A DNA stretch of 64,000 nt from NCBI GenBank assembly GCA_963665665.1, contig OY762428.1:5056001-5120000 (forward strand), written 5' to 3'. The notes under the pieces are model-generated. The model did no database searches and had not been told where the DNA came from. It saw only the letters and a list, made by a program, of their open reading frames with translations. Positions 1 through 9,052 of the stretch are shown here, in pieces. Origin of the DNA: Candidatus Kapaibacterium sp. (GTDB lineage: Bacteria; Bacteroidota; Ignavibacteria; Kapaibacteriales; UBA2268). The position numbers and the translations under genes were made by a program. Position 1 is the stretch's first letter; each line of letters starts with the position of its first letter.

Positions 1-1158
1 GATCTCTCCCGGGCGCAAGAATTGCGTAGGAATATTTATTACTTCCTGTTTAGCTTCATACTCCCCATTCGGCCCGTAATACCTAATTTCAATATTTGAC
101 TGTCCGTAATCAACGGGTAATATGAATTTGTAATAGCCCTGCTCATCAGCAACCTGATGATCAACAAGTTGGCCGTTCTGATAAAGTTCTACTTCCCAGA
201 ATGGGTCAATCTGATCTTCAAATGTAAAATCAGAAAAAAATGTCGGTAGTTTGGTTTGTTCGTTTGTAATTTGTATGCCGGTGAAAGCAGGCATACTTAA
301 ATTTGAAGTCCTGAATCCACCGCCACTTAACTGACCGACATATATTTGAGACAAGTATGGATTATCACTGATGAAATACCTCCATCGGTAATTGTAATTA
401 TAGTCCGAATTTTTGGTTTCAACGCTATAACTGCCATTTAAATTCAGTGTCATATCTCCACCAAGAATTTCTAATCCGGTAGTTGTTCCATAAGAATAGT
501 GTCCACCTTTGGAATATTGAAGATTATATTGAAGAACGCCTCCATTTAAAAACATGAAATTTCTGTCGAACATTAATGGCAACTCTTTATCAGCCATTGA
601 TTTTCTATCCTGGTTTAAAAAGGAATATGTTAATTTCCTTTTAATTTCTGTCAAAATTGGCAGTTCTACCATACTATTCAAATTGATTTTCAGGTTATTC
701 ATACTTACATCAAAATCAAGGTCAAAAACTTTTTTAAAAACAGATGGAAGAACATAAACATCAAGAGCAGCCATTAAAAACTCATTTTCTTCAAAATAAA
801 TTAAGCTATCCCGATACTTTGCCTGACCCTTTATAAAATCAATAGTAAAAGTACTATCTTTTTGGATAAAATAACCTTCGTATATTTTATTCTCGAAATC
901 GGTTGTATGAAAAATTTTCAATTTTGTAATCAATTCGTCAAATGGCAGATAAATTTCGCCTTTGTAATAATATACAATTATACTACCGCTAATATAATTG
1001 GTGTATCTAAATTCAAATATTGCTTCTTCATGAGTTTGCGCATCTGGTATGACAAAAGGATTATCATCCTGAGCAATACACTCTTTCCCATAGATTAGAA
1101 AAGCAATTACTAACAATAATATTAGTATGCCTGATTTATTTTTTCCCGTATTTCTCAT
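1..1158 (-). CDS. Fimbrial usher-like outer membrane protein, N-terminal ~386 aa (runs off window edge)
   Basis: Not in the ORF track because it has no stop within the window. Translated by hand from ATG 1158: signal peptide MRNTGKNKSGILILLLVIAF, then YRWRYF, FTGIQITN and WEVELYQNGQLVDHQVADEQGYYKFILPVDYGQSNIEIRYYGPNGE. The last segment resembles the usher plug region. Starts 2 nt after the chaperone stop. Confidence 0.72.
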   Translation of the reverse strand, partial: MRNTGKNKSGILILLLVIAFLIYGKECIAQDDNPFVIPDAQTHEEAIFEFRYTNYISGSIIVYYYKGEIYLPFDELITKLKIFHTTDFENKIYEGYFIQKDSTFTIDFIKGQAKYRDSLIYFEENEFLMAALDVYVLPSVFKKVFDLDFDVSMNNLKINLNSMVELPILTEIKRKLTYSFLNQDRKSMADKELPLMFDRNFMFLNGGVLQYNLQYSKGGHYSYGTTTGLEILGGDMTLNLNGSYSVETKNSDYNYNYRWRYFISDNPYLSQIYVGQLSGGGFRTSNLSMPAFTGIQITNEQTKLPTFFSDFTFEDQIDPFWEVELYQNGQLVDHQVADEQGYYKFILPVDYGQSNIEIRYYGPNGEYEAKQEVINIPTQFLRPGEI

Positions 1159-1160
1159 TT

Positions 1161-1988
1161 TCAATTGTCTATTGTAATTTCAAACTCTTTCAATACGGGT
1201 TCAAATTCTATAGTGTTTTCTTTTGGTATATCGTCTCTTTCAGACGATACGAAAATTTTCGTCTTGTATGTTTTACCTTTTTCAAGATTTGTCGAAGGGA
1301 AGTGAAAACTTCTTAAACCACTTTGATATAAAGCTAAATACTCTGTTACTCCTGCGATTAATTCATCATCATCATTATACATTTCAACAGCCATTAACCC
1401 CCAAAACGGGGAATTTCCATTCTTTGTAAAATTTATATCAATTTTTGCGCTTGAAGTATCCATACTAAAACTTTTATATTCGAAATCGCAATTTGCATTG
1501 ATTTTTCCGTTCTGATATATTACAATGCCAACGAGTTCGGTCGCCAGAATTATTCTTGCCGATATCTTTTCTTTTACTGAATCAATCTGTTTTTCAATCG
1601 GTTTGGATGAAGCAACAAATCTTGTCCAGTAAACCTTGTTTTCTAATTTGTTGGCTCCCCTTACCATGAATCTTACAGTTTGCCGTACATTTGGTGGAAG
1701 TACCATTTTCTGTGGGAAAACTTTTATATATGGCTCAAGGTCATATTTACTTTTCCATTCTTCATCATTATAAATTAATTTTGTATGTCCGTTAGAATCG
1801 ATTTCTGAATGAGCAAATTTAAAATATACTTCCATTTCCCGCGGTTCTGAAGAAGTATTAGTTACAGTCATACTGCCCATTCTTGTTGATGGATCGATAA
1901 ATACTGCGGGTGGGTGAACGCTAACCTGAGCAGATAATTTTGTGGTATACAACAATATAAATAGCGAAAATACAAAAATCTTTTTCAT
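1161..1988 (-). CDS. PapD-like fimbrial chaperone
   Basis: Signal peptide, then VSVHPPAVFID...GSMTVTNTS...IKVFPQKMVLPPNVRQTVRFMV...YW, the pattern of a PapD-type N-terminal Ig domain. Second domain contains KNGNSP. Confidence 0.78.
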   Translation of the reverse strand: MKKIFVFSLFILLYTTKLSAQVSVHPPAVFIDPSTRMGSMTVTNTSSEPREMEVYFKFAHSEIDSNGHTKLIYNDEEWKSKYDLEPYIKVFPQKMVLPPNVRQTVRFMVRGANKLENKVYWTRFVASSKPIEKQIDSVKEKISARIILATELVGIVIYQNGKINANCDFEYKSFSMDTSSAKIDINFTKNGNSPFWGLMAVEMYNDDDELIAGVTEYLALYQSGLRSFHFPSTNLEKGKTYKTKIFVSSERDDIPKENTIEFEPVLKEFEITIDN

Positions 1989-2021
1989 TATATAAACCCG
2001 AAAGATAGTTTTACAAATGAT

Positions 2022-2549
2022 TTAAAAATCTCCGTAATCACAGGAGATAGTTACTTTAAATTCAAGAAGAGAACCTGTCTCTGCTTTGTCGTCAATTACA
2101 AGGGAATTTGGATAAACCCTTATATTAATTTCTCCGTCCTGGCCAAGCACCTGGTTGAAGAAATTAATTTTTTTATCTTCATTTCCTGTTGAAAATGGTT
2201 CCATATCCTGCCAGCGGTGGCCGTCCCAATATTGCCATTTTATACCTTCAAGGCTGGCATCTTTAGATTCGGTAAATATATTACCCTCTAAAAGAATCCC
2301 TTTGCCCGGTTGGCCGGAAATTTTGAAGTTCATACTGTTTATCGGACCCTCGTATTTAATCGTAGATCCCGGTACTAAGGTTCCCAAATCTACATAACTT
2401 TGCATTTCTTCAACTTGTAGCTTACTTGTAATTTTTGCTGTAAAAGTGGACGTTGCCGAAGCGCCCTGGGTTTGTTTTTGTAATTCAAGTTGAGCATGTG
2501 CCGTATTCGTTAAAAATAGAATATTTAATATTATTATTGAAATTTTCAT
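2022..2549 (-). CDS. Putative pilin subunit (Csu/spore-coat-U/DUF4402-like)
   Basis: Signal peptide ending AHA-Q, N-terminal alternating strand ASATSTFTAKI, VDLGTL motif, C-terminal beta-strand FKVTISCDYGDF. Start overlaps the upstream stop at 2549. Confidence 0.6.
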   Translation of the reverse strand: MKISIIILNILFLTNTAHAQLELQKQTQGASATSTFTAKITSKLQVEEMQSYVDLGTLVPGSTIKYEGPINSMNFKISGQPGKGILLEGNIFTESKDASLEGIKWQYWDGHRWQDMEPFSTGNEDKKINFFNQVLGQDGEINIRVYPNSLVIDDKAETGSLLEFKVTISCDYGDF

Positions 2550-3205
2550 TAAAAGTTTGCCGTAGCTGTAATTGTAATATTTATTTGATAGTTGCTTGGA
2601 GCTGCTTCCGGTGAAATGTAAAGCTCATCTAAAGTAATCCTGAAATAAGCTTTATCTTCTTTTGGTCCTGTGCAACTTTGGCCTTCAATTGGAATCATAT
2701 CGTCAATCAGTAAGTCTGCATTGTTAAATGTTGCCAGTCCGGTACCTGTTAGTGCTTCCCAGTGCCATTTTCTTATCTCAATATATCCTCTTCCTGCATC
2801 TATCCTGTTTTCAATATTGCCGGTTATAGTGTAGGTTGGGCTTTGGTATTGATTAGCTCCAAACCTCCATCGAAGTCCACCCGGCCCTTCCTCATCCCAA
2901 CCGTTTCCCCATCTGTATCTGTGATGTTCGTCAAAAGATAACATCGTGAAGGTTATTTGGTTTGTGTTCCCCAGATAACCAGGGAGATCCGAATAGGCCG
3001 AACCATTGAAAAAGACACCAAGGTATGCAAAGCAGACATCCGAAAAGAAATAAATCTTTGGCTGGCACGGGTTGGGATTCGGGCAGCAACAGCTAATATT
3101 GTTTGCTGTACCGAAGCTGCCAAAATCAAAATCATTTCCGGAAGAATAGTGGAATGAAATTATAATGACTATTAATGTAATAAATATTTTTTGTGTTATT
3201 TTCAT
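2549..3205 (-). CDS. Putative minor pilin or tip subunit
   Basis: Signal peptide, Cys-rich N-terminus, AYLGVF motif, C-terminal AAPSNYQINITITATANF strand matching the neighbouring pilin-like genes. Confidence 0.52.
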   Translation of the reverse strand: MKITQKIFITLIVIIISFHYSSGNDFDFGSFGTANNISCCCPNPNPCQPKIYFFSDVCFAYLGVFFNGSAYSDLPGYLGNTNQITFTMLSFDEHHRYRWGNGWDEEGPGGLRWRFGANQYQSPTYTITGNIENRIDAGRGYIEIRKWHWEALTGTGLATFNNADLLIDDMIPIEGQSCTGPKEDKAYFRITLDELYISPEAAPSNYQINITITATANF

Positions 3206-3231
3206 TGCCTGGCCCCAAAATTAAAAACACA

Positions 3232-3260
3232 TGAAAGCCGGGAATTTTTCCCGGCTTTCA
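3232..3260 (-). terminator. Perfect 13-bp intra-operon stem-loop (attenuator or mRNA-stabilising hairpin)
   Basis: TGAAAGCCGGGAA-TTT-TTCCCGGCTTTCA, followed on the minus strand by an imperfect T-rich tract. Confidence 0.7.
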
Positions 3261-3270
3261 AACCGATCAA

Positions 3271-3921
3271 TTATAAATCTGTTGCAATGTTTGTACTAAG
3301 CCTTTGGACGAAAGTATATCCGCCAGGAGCAAGTTCAGAGTCTGCTGTAATTTTAAGTACTTCGCATTTGAATAGTGCAAATGAACTACATGGCTCACCA
3401 CTTACGGGAATAAGTTGAACAATATTATCCTCAAAAAAAGGTGTTCCATCATTCTGATCCCAGTTATCAGGCTCATTATATACTGTTCCATATACGATAT
3501 TGTTTTCAGTTGAATTATTAGCATCAGCTTTTAGCCATCTGATTTCAATCGAAACACGGTTATGGTCATCATCCTCATCATAAAGAGTAGTTGTACTTGT
3601 CCACACTTTATATTCAAGCTGTAGCGGATTATTTAGAACCGGATTGTAGCCAGTTCCGTAATCATAGGCTTGCCCGTATAATCCGAATTCAATAAATGGA
3701 CGATCTTCTTGGTTTACCCATTCATGAGTACTTCCAGCAAAAACATCACCTAGAATTACAGTTTGATCTAAAGGCAAGAGTGAATGAACACATACAACAT
3801 CTAAAGTAAAGGAACCATTAGCATTTTTCGGTGTAGTATTCAATGTAACTCCGCTTTGAGAGTATAGATTTACACTTCCAAACATTGCAAATATTATTAT
3901 ATATATTATGTATTTATACAT
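3271..3921 (-). CDS. Putative pilin subunit
   Basis: Signal peptide; NGSFTLDVVC...VILGDVFAG; C-terminal LAPGGYTFVQRLSTNIATDL. Paralogous to 3974..4663. Confidence 0.6.
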   Translation of the reverse strand: MYKYIIYIIIFAMFGSVNLYSQSGVTLNTTPKNANGSFTLDVVCVHSLLPLDQTVILGDVFAGSTHEWVNQEDRPFIEFGLYGQAYDYGTGYNPVLNNPLQLEYKVWTSTTTLYDEDDDHNRVSIEIRWLKADANNSTENNIVYGTVYNEPDNWDQNDGTPFFEDNIVQLIPVSGEPCSSFALFKCEVLKITADSELAPGGYTFVQRLSTNIATDL

Positions 3922-3973
3922 TTTAAACCTTGATTTTTTTAGTATATTAACTAAAATAATGGATTTTTTTCAA

Positions 3974-4663
3974 TTAAAAGTTCTGAAGTGTTGCTGTAGC
4001 TATAAATGTCCATGTCTTGTCGCCTGGAATTGCATCACCTTTTGCACCAACTTCTGTAGCAATAACTTTGAAATGAGCAAGATGACCGCAGGCATGATTA
4101 TTGCCAGAATTTGTAGGAGGAACAATTCCATTACATGTATAATAATCAGCGCCTGTAGATGTTTCATTATGTTCTTCATAGAGAGTTGTACTACCAGTAC
4201 TTACAGCATCAGTTGTTAAAGAAACTGCTATATAAGTATCATGGTCAGTATCATCTTCAAAGAATTTTGTTCCTGTTTTTGTTCCAGTAAAAGCAGGATC
4301 ACTTGCAATATCTGGGGTTTCAATTTTTATGTCATATTTGGCCCATCCACCACCAACTGTTCCAGCTTCTTTATTTCCTGATGTTTCACCAGATGGCATT
4401 ATTTTATTGCCTTTTAAAATGAAGTCAATTTCTGAATCAACTGATGAAAGAGAATTCCATTGTCCATTTGCATAGATGTCGCCAAGTACGATATCTGCAA
4501 TTGATGCTTGATAGTCATCGCCAATACCAAAGTTCCAATCACACCAAACTTCAACATCGAAAGCACCTTGTGAAGATTTTGTCTGATTAGGAAGTGTTAA
4601 CTGTGCGAATGCGTTTGCTGTAAAAAGTACTGCGAAAAGTGCGATAGCGATAAGCTTTTTCAT
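3974..4663 (-). CDS. Putative major pilin subunit
   Basis: Start moved to ATG 4663 (MKKLIAIALFAVLFTANAFA-Q, GGAG upstream). QGAFDVEVWC...IVLGDIYANG; C-terminal AIPGDKTWTFIATATLQNF. First gene of the pilin cluster. Confidence 0.6.
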   Translation of the reverse strand: MKKLIAIALFAVLFTANAFAQLTLPNQTKSSQGAFDVEVWCDWNFGIGDDYQASIADIVLGDIYANGQWNSLSSVDSEIDFILKGNKIMPSGETSGNKEAGTVGGGWAKYDIKIETPDIASDPAFTGTKTGTKFFEDDTDHDTYIAVSLTTDAVSTGSTTLYEEHNETSTGADYYTCNGIVPPTNSGNNHACGHLAHFKVIATEVGAKGDAIPGDKTWTFIATATLQNF

Positions 4664-4779
4664 TGTAAACTCCATAAAAAATTTGTAAAAAAACATTAAA
4701 AAGTATTAAGTATGAGAACAAAAATTGTTTCTCGAGTTTTGGCTGCCGTGCCCCCGGAATGGGGGGCGGGCCTCCTCTG

Positions 4780-7700
4780 TTACCTGTTCAAAAGAACTTT
4801 TCCTGATGTCGTGAAGTTCTCGCCTGTTACGCGGAATACGTAAGCGCCGTTGGCAAGGCCTTCGCCGTCGATGTATATGTCGTGCATACCCTGGCCGAGT
4901 TCCCCGCTGAAAACGTCAAGGACTTTCGCGCCGCGGCTGTCGAATAATTCAACAGTTACGCGCTGCCCCTGTGACAGGCTCAGACCAAAGCTTGTGCGGG
5001 AGACAAAGGGGTTGGGGTAAGCATCAGAAATCTGATTTTCGCCTTCACGCAGGCTGGAATGTTCGTAAATTTTCCAATCACCGCGTTTTAGGGAGTTTCC
5101 TGGGTATGTAAATCCACCATTACCGAATCCGGAATAACGCTGGTTTAGGAAGGCATATACTTCCTGAGTTCCGGCAGTATTCCAAACTGCGTCGTAAATC
5201 ATAATGTCAGCTAATTTACCGTTATAATTATCAGAGTATGTTTCGCCAGTGTTATAATCGTGATAACATGTGCGTGCGGCACCGCCAACACCGGATGCAT
5301 CATCGCGTGTAACGTCATTGGTGAAGTCTCTGCTGATACCAGCGAAATCAACCCAGTCTGAAACCACAGTAGAATGACCATTATCGTTAACACTTATAAT
5401 TCCACGAAAGCGATTATTGGTGTTATCATATTCAAGGTGAGCCAGATATACTTTGTCATGTTCATATATATCGTCATTACCTGGGTAGAATCTAATAAAT
5501 TTCTCCTGGAACCTGTTCCACATTCCGAAAACCAAGTCACCATTTTCCTGGTAAATATTATATCCTGATAATGGGCCACCAGCTTCAAACAAGCACATAC
5601 GTTCATCGGAATAATAAGGTGTTGATGGTTCTGAGTAATTAGTTTCCAAGGGTTGGAATACAACAAAAAGGTTTTTAGCTTTTGTATTGTCAGGATTCCA
5701 CTTGTCATCTTCACCTGTTGTTATTTCATCATGGGGTGAAGAATTTCCGATACCAGTAGTATGGTCGTTGGGAGAAACCATTATATCAGAATTACCATAG
5801 CCAGTATTAGTATAATCTGTTGTGAATTTTACAGCCGGGAAGCCTTCGATACCACCTGTACCAACAGCGTAGCTTAATATTGGTTTTTTCCTTGAGTCCG
5901 GAGTAACTGCATCTTCTTTGATCTGAGTATCATCAGGCCAAACTGTTACTGGAAGGAATTTCCCTGAACTAATTAGAAGTGGATTCAACCATAGAACCAA
6001 ATCATTTTCATTAGGCGGACAATAAGGATCAGTCCAGAAGAATTTTCCAGGGCCACAATTAGTCCAAGTACCACCATCACCATCAGAAAAATGATGACCG
6101 TCGCGAATTTCCGGTTCCAAAGATAGGCAGGTTGAAAATGTTTCTATAAATGACTCAGGAAATTCATATGCCATATAGTCATCACTAGCCCTATGGAATG
6201 TACATTCCTGGAATACTGTGTTCCCCTGATAACCACTGGGTACACCACTGGGTACATAACCAATATTTCCATGATCTTCTCCTCTGACAACAAATACCAT
6301 ATTTTGAAGGAAACTCTGGTCGGGTGTTGCACATGTAACAAGTGCCCCATTTCCCCAAATAACTGCGTTTTCATGATTATTAGTTGATAAGGCCGGACCA
6401 TTAAGAGTTACACCTTTACTTATTGTAAATGGTTCATATAATCCGGCTGTCAAATGGATGATACTATTTGATACATAATCAATCGCCTCGTCAATTCTTG
6501 AACCACTTATCTGATCACTTCCAGATGAAACTCCAACAACATCTTTGTTAATTTGGAATCCTGATTCTTCCGTATCTTCATCACTCGATGAATGAAGCCA
6601 AGGGGTGAAGTCCGTTTTACCATTAGTATTAGCAAATTCAATTGTATTCCTAACATCAGTATAACCAGTAAATCCCCAATAATTTTTTGAGCAATCAAGA
6701 TCATTACCGGTATTGTCAATAAGGTTTTTGCCATTATCGTTAAGATAATTTTCCAAAATGACAGCTTCTGTATTATCACCTTCACCATAACCGACATATA
6801 TACCAGTTGAATTGTGATGTATGATATTATTTTTAATCTCAACGTCTGTACCAAGCCCGTAATAATCTGTTGCTAAGATACCGGCAGATGTTGATCCATC
6901 AACATCTGCAATGCCGTAGCAATTTGTTAAAGTATTATTTGATGCGCTTCCTGTTGCACAAGCTCCAAATTCGATGCCATAATCAAGCCAATCACCATTT
7001 CCTTTACCTGTATAATTATTTCCAATCAAATTAATATTATTGGGAGCAGAAGAAAAAGTGTAAGATCCAAAATTGTCATATCCTTTTCTTACATGCATAC
7101 CGATTCTTTGAATATTGTTGAAGACACAATTTTCTACATTAATATCGTGTCCAAATATTACTATTGCTCTACCATAATATGTACCGGCTTTAATATTTTT
7201 GAACTTACAGTTCTTAATAAAACCATAACCCATGTGACAAATACACCAGTCTGTTATCTGACCTGGAGCCTGTCCATCAAATTCTAAGTCTTTTATTTTA
7301 ACATTGTTGCCTGGTTCAATTAAAAACCAAACATCAGAAGGTTTGTAATTTGCTGCTGTTGTATTTCCAGTATGAACAACTTTGCTGGTATTAGCATCAA
7401 ATCCGTATAATTTGATACTTTTATCAATCACGATCTGATTTGGTTCATTTACAGTACCATGTACATTAAGTTCATCACCAGCACTTGCTTCATCAATTGC
7501 AGGTTGAATGTTGTTGTACCATAAATTTTGGGTAACATTGTGTACTTTTTTAGTTAGCCATGGATCAAAGTCTGTTACACCAGTAGAGGCATCAACAACC
7601 CATTCACCGGCAGAAGTACTAGCATAGCTTGGCCCGTCATTTGAATTCCACCAGCAGTTTTCTGCATCAATGTTTTGGGTAGTAATGTTTTCAATACCCC

Positions 7701-8787
7701 GGGTATTTCCCCCAAAATTGCAAGAATTTATGCTGACTAAAGAAGGACTTTGATTATTTTTTCCAACTTCTCCTACCCTGAAAGCAACTCTGTTGTCAAC
7801 AAAATTGCAATCAGAAACACTAACATTTGACAGTGTAGCAGGATATGATAAATAACTTGTATCGTCAGAACTGGATCCACGAGCTTTGAACATCAGGGCT
7901 GCTCCATTAGTAGCCATCGAAGCCGTACCATTATTTTCATATGTGCAACTTATGATTGATATATTCTGATAAGTTCCTGCTTTTAGATTGAAATCAAATC
8001 CGCACAGCCAAGGGAGAAAATAAGTACATGCACCGCTCCATCCAATTACTCCATTGTCATATATTTCGCAATTTGTAAATGATGCATTTTCTAATTTTTC
8101 AACATACAATGCTTTGGAAACATTACTATAGAACTTTGAATTTGATACAAGTACATTTGTTACAGTACTTGCATCGGTACTAAAATCTTTGTGAAAATAC
8201 CATCCATATATTAATTCTTTGAATTCGCAATTATTAATATTTAGATTCGATAGAGATGATGTTTTGTCAACATAAATACCTCTTTCCTGTTCGCCACATC
8301 CTGTTGCTGGGCTTGTGCCATCAACAATAATGTTTTCAAGTGTAATATACTCAATATTCTGTGAAGTAGCTTCTGAAAATCTGCCAACAGATATACCAGC
8401 CAAGCCATTAACTTCAATACTTAAATCTTGAATCAATATCTGATTTGATGATGTGCCCGAAGCAGATAACTGAACAACACCAATTTTTGGATCACCTGCA
8501 CCTGCCGCTGTTTGTGTTATTACTGTACTTCCACTACCAGCGCCAATCAGGCTGATTCTTCTGTCTATATTGATATTTTCAGTATAAACACCAGCTGCAA
8601 CCTGAATAACATCGCCCGGAGATGCTGCATTGATCGCTGCCTGGATGGTAGCATGATCAGCCGGAACATTTATGGTTGCCCCGAAGCTAACACCCGCGCC
8701 GAGTATGCACAGCATGATGGCGGCAAGCATTATTTGTACTTTTCTTTTCATCGGCCTCCTCCTGTTATTTAATTTGTTAGTTGTCAT
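4780..8787 (-). CDS. Large T9SS cargo protein: right-handed beta-helix (pectin-lyase-like) modules, LamG/ConA-like domain, T9SS C-terminal sorting domain
   Basis: Signal peptide (true start may be MKRKVQ). Repeated TIQAAINAASPGD / NIQPAIDEASAGD openers and NxW...DFxPWL closers. CTD AYPNPF...LFDSRGAKV...GAYVFRV...GKVLLNR. Confidence 0.75.
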   Translation of the reverse strand: MTTNKLNNRRRPMKRKVQIMLAAIMLCILGAGVSFGATINVPADHATIQAAINAASPGDVIQVAAGVYTENINIDRRISLIGAGSGSTVITQTAAGAGDPKIGVVQLSASGTSSNQILIQDLSIEVNGLAGISVGRFSEATSQNIEYITLENIIVDGTSPATGCGEQERGIYVDKTSSLSNLNINNCEFKELIYGWYFHKDFSTDASTVTNVLVSNSKFYSNVSKALYVEKLENASFTNCEIYDNGVIGWSGACTYFLPWLCGFDFNLKAGTYQNISIISCTYENNGTASMATNGAALMFKARGSSSDDTSYLSYPATLSNVSVSDCNFVDNRVAFRVGEVGKNNQSPSLVSINSCNFGGNTRGIENITTQNIDAENCWWNSNDGPSYASTSAGEWVVDASTGVTDFDPWLTKKVHNVTQNLWYNNIQPAIDEASAGDELNVHGTVNEPNQIVIDKSIKLYGFDANTSKVVHTGNTTAANYKPSDVWFLIEPGNNVKIKDLEFDGQAPGQITDWCICHMGYGFIKNCKFKNIKAGTYYGRAIVIFGHDINVENCVFNNIQRIGMHVRKGYDNFGSYTFSSAPNNINLIGNNYTGKGNGDWLDYGIEFGACATGSASNNTLTNCYGIADVDGSTSAGILATDYYGLGTDVEIKNNIIHHNSTGIYVGYGEGDNTEAVILENYLNDNGKNLIDNTGNDLDCSKNYWGFTGYTDVRNTIEFANTNGKTDFTPWLHSSSDEDTEESGFQINKDVVGVSSGSDQISGSRIDEAIDYVSNSIIHLTAGLYEPFTISKGVTLNGPALSTNNHENAVIWGNGALVTCATPDQSFLQNMVFVVRGEDHGNIGYVPSGVPSGYQGNTVFQECTFHRASDDYMAYEFPESFIETFSTCLSLEPEIRDGHHFSDGDGGTWTNCGPGKFFWTDPYCPPNENDLVLWLNPLLISSGKFLPVTVWPDDTQIKEDAVTPDSRKKPILSYAVGTGGIEGFPAVKFTTDYTNTGYGNSDIMVSPNDHTTGIGNSSPHDEITTGEDDKWNPDNTKAKNLFVVFQPLETNYSEPSTPYYSDERMCLFEAGGPLSGYNIYQENGDLVFGMWNRFQEKFIRFYPGNDDIYEHDKVYLAHLEYDNTNNRFRGIISVNDNGHSTVVSDWVDFAGISRDFTNDVTRDDASGVGGAARTCYHDYNTGETYSDNYNGKLADIMIYDAVWNTAGTQEVYAFLNQRYSGFGNGGFTYPGNSLKRGDWKIYEHSSLREGENQISDAYPNPFVSRTSFGLSLSQGQRVTVELFDSRGAKVLDVFSGELGQGMHDIYIDGEGLANGAYVFRVTGENFTTSGKVLLNR

Positions 8788-8896
8788 TTTTTTACTCTTC
8801 AGAGAAATTTCAATTAAAAAATTTTGGCTTTGGTCATTGCCCGGGATTTTATTCCCTTATGTTTTCACTGGTACAAACATAATGAAGTGCAAACAG

Positions 8897-8971
8897 AAAG
8901 TAAATACCTGAAAACACGTAATTTATAAAAATCCCGAAAACTACGTATTTTGCATCCGTGTTTCTACGTAG
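8897..8971. promoter_or_regulatory. Conserved operator copy A (three TACG-N8-CGTA-like 16-bp sites)
   Basis: Aligns with 11870..11943. A TATGTTTG (TAnnTTTG -7 element) lies on the minus strand at 8874-8881, just downstream. Confidence 0.6.
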
Positions 8972-9052
8972 TGGCTTTCTACGTAGTTCTCGGTATATGA
9001 GTTTGTATTTATTTTTATCGTTTTTCATTCTAATTTATCTGATTACATATAT

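Noticed and set aside
554-1098. Plus-strand ORFs 554..757 and 862..1098
   Set aside because: They are antisense to the usher-like gene, which has a coherent protein sequence.
2022-4663. Type V (FimA/Mfa) or type IV pilins
   Set aside because: No lipobox cysteine and no class III prepilin G/FxxxE motif. The signal peptides look SPase I type.
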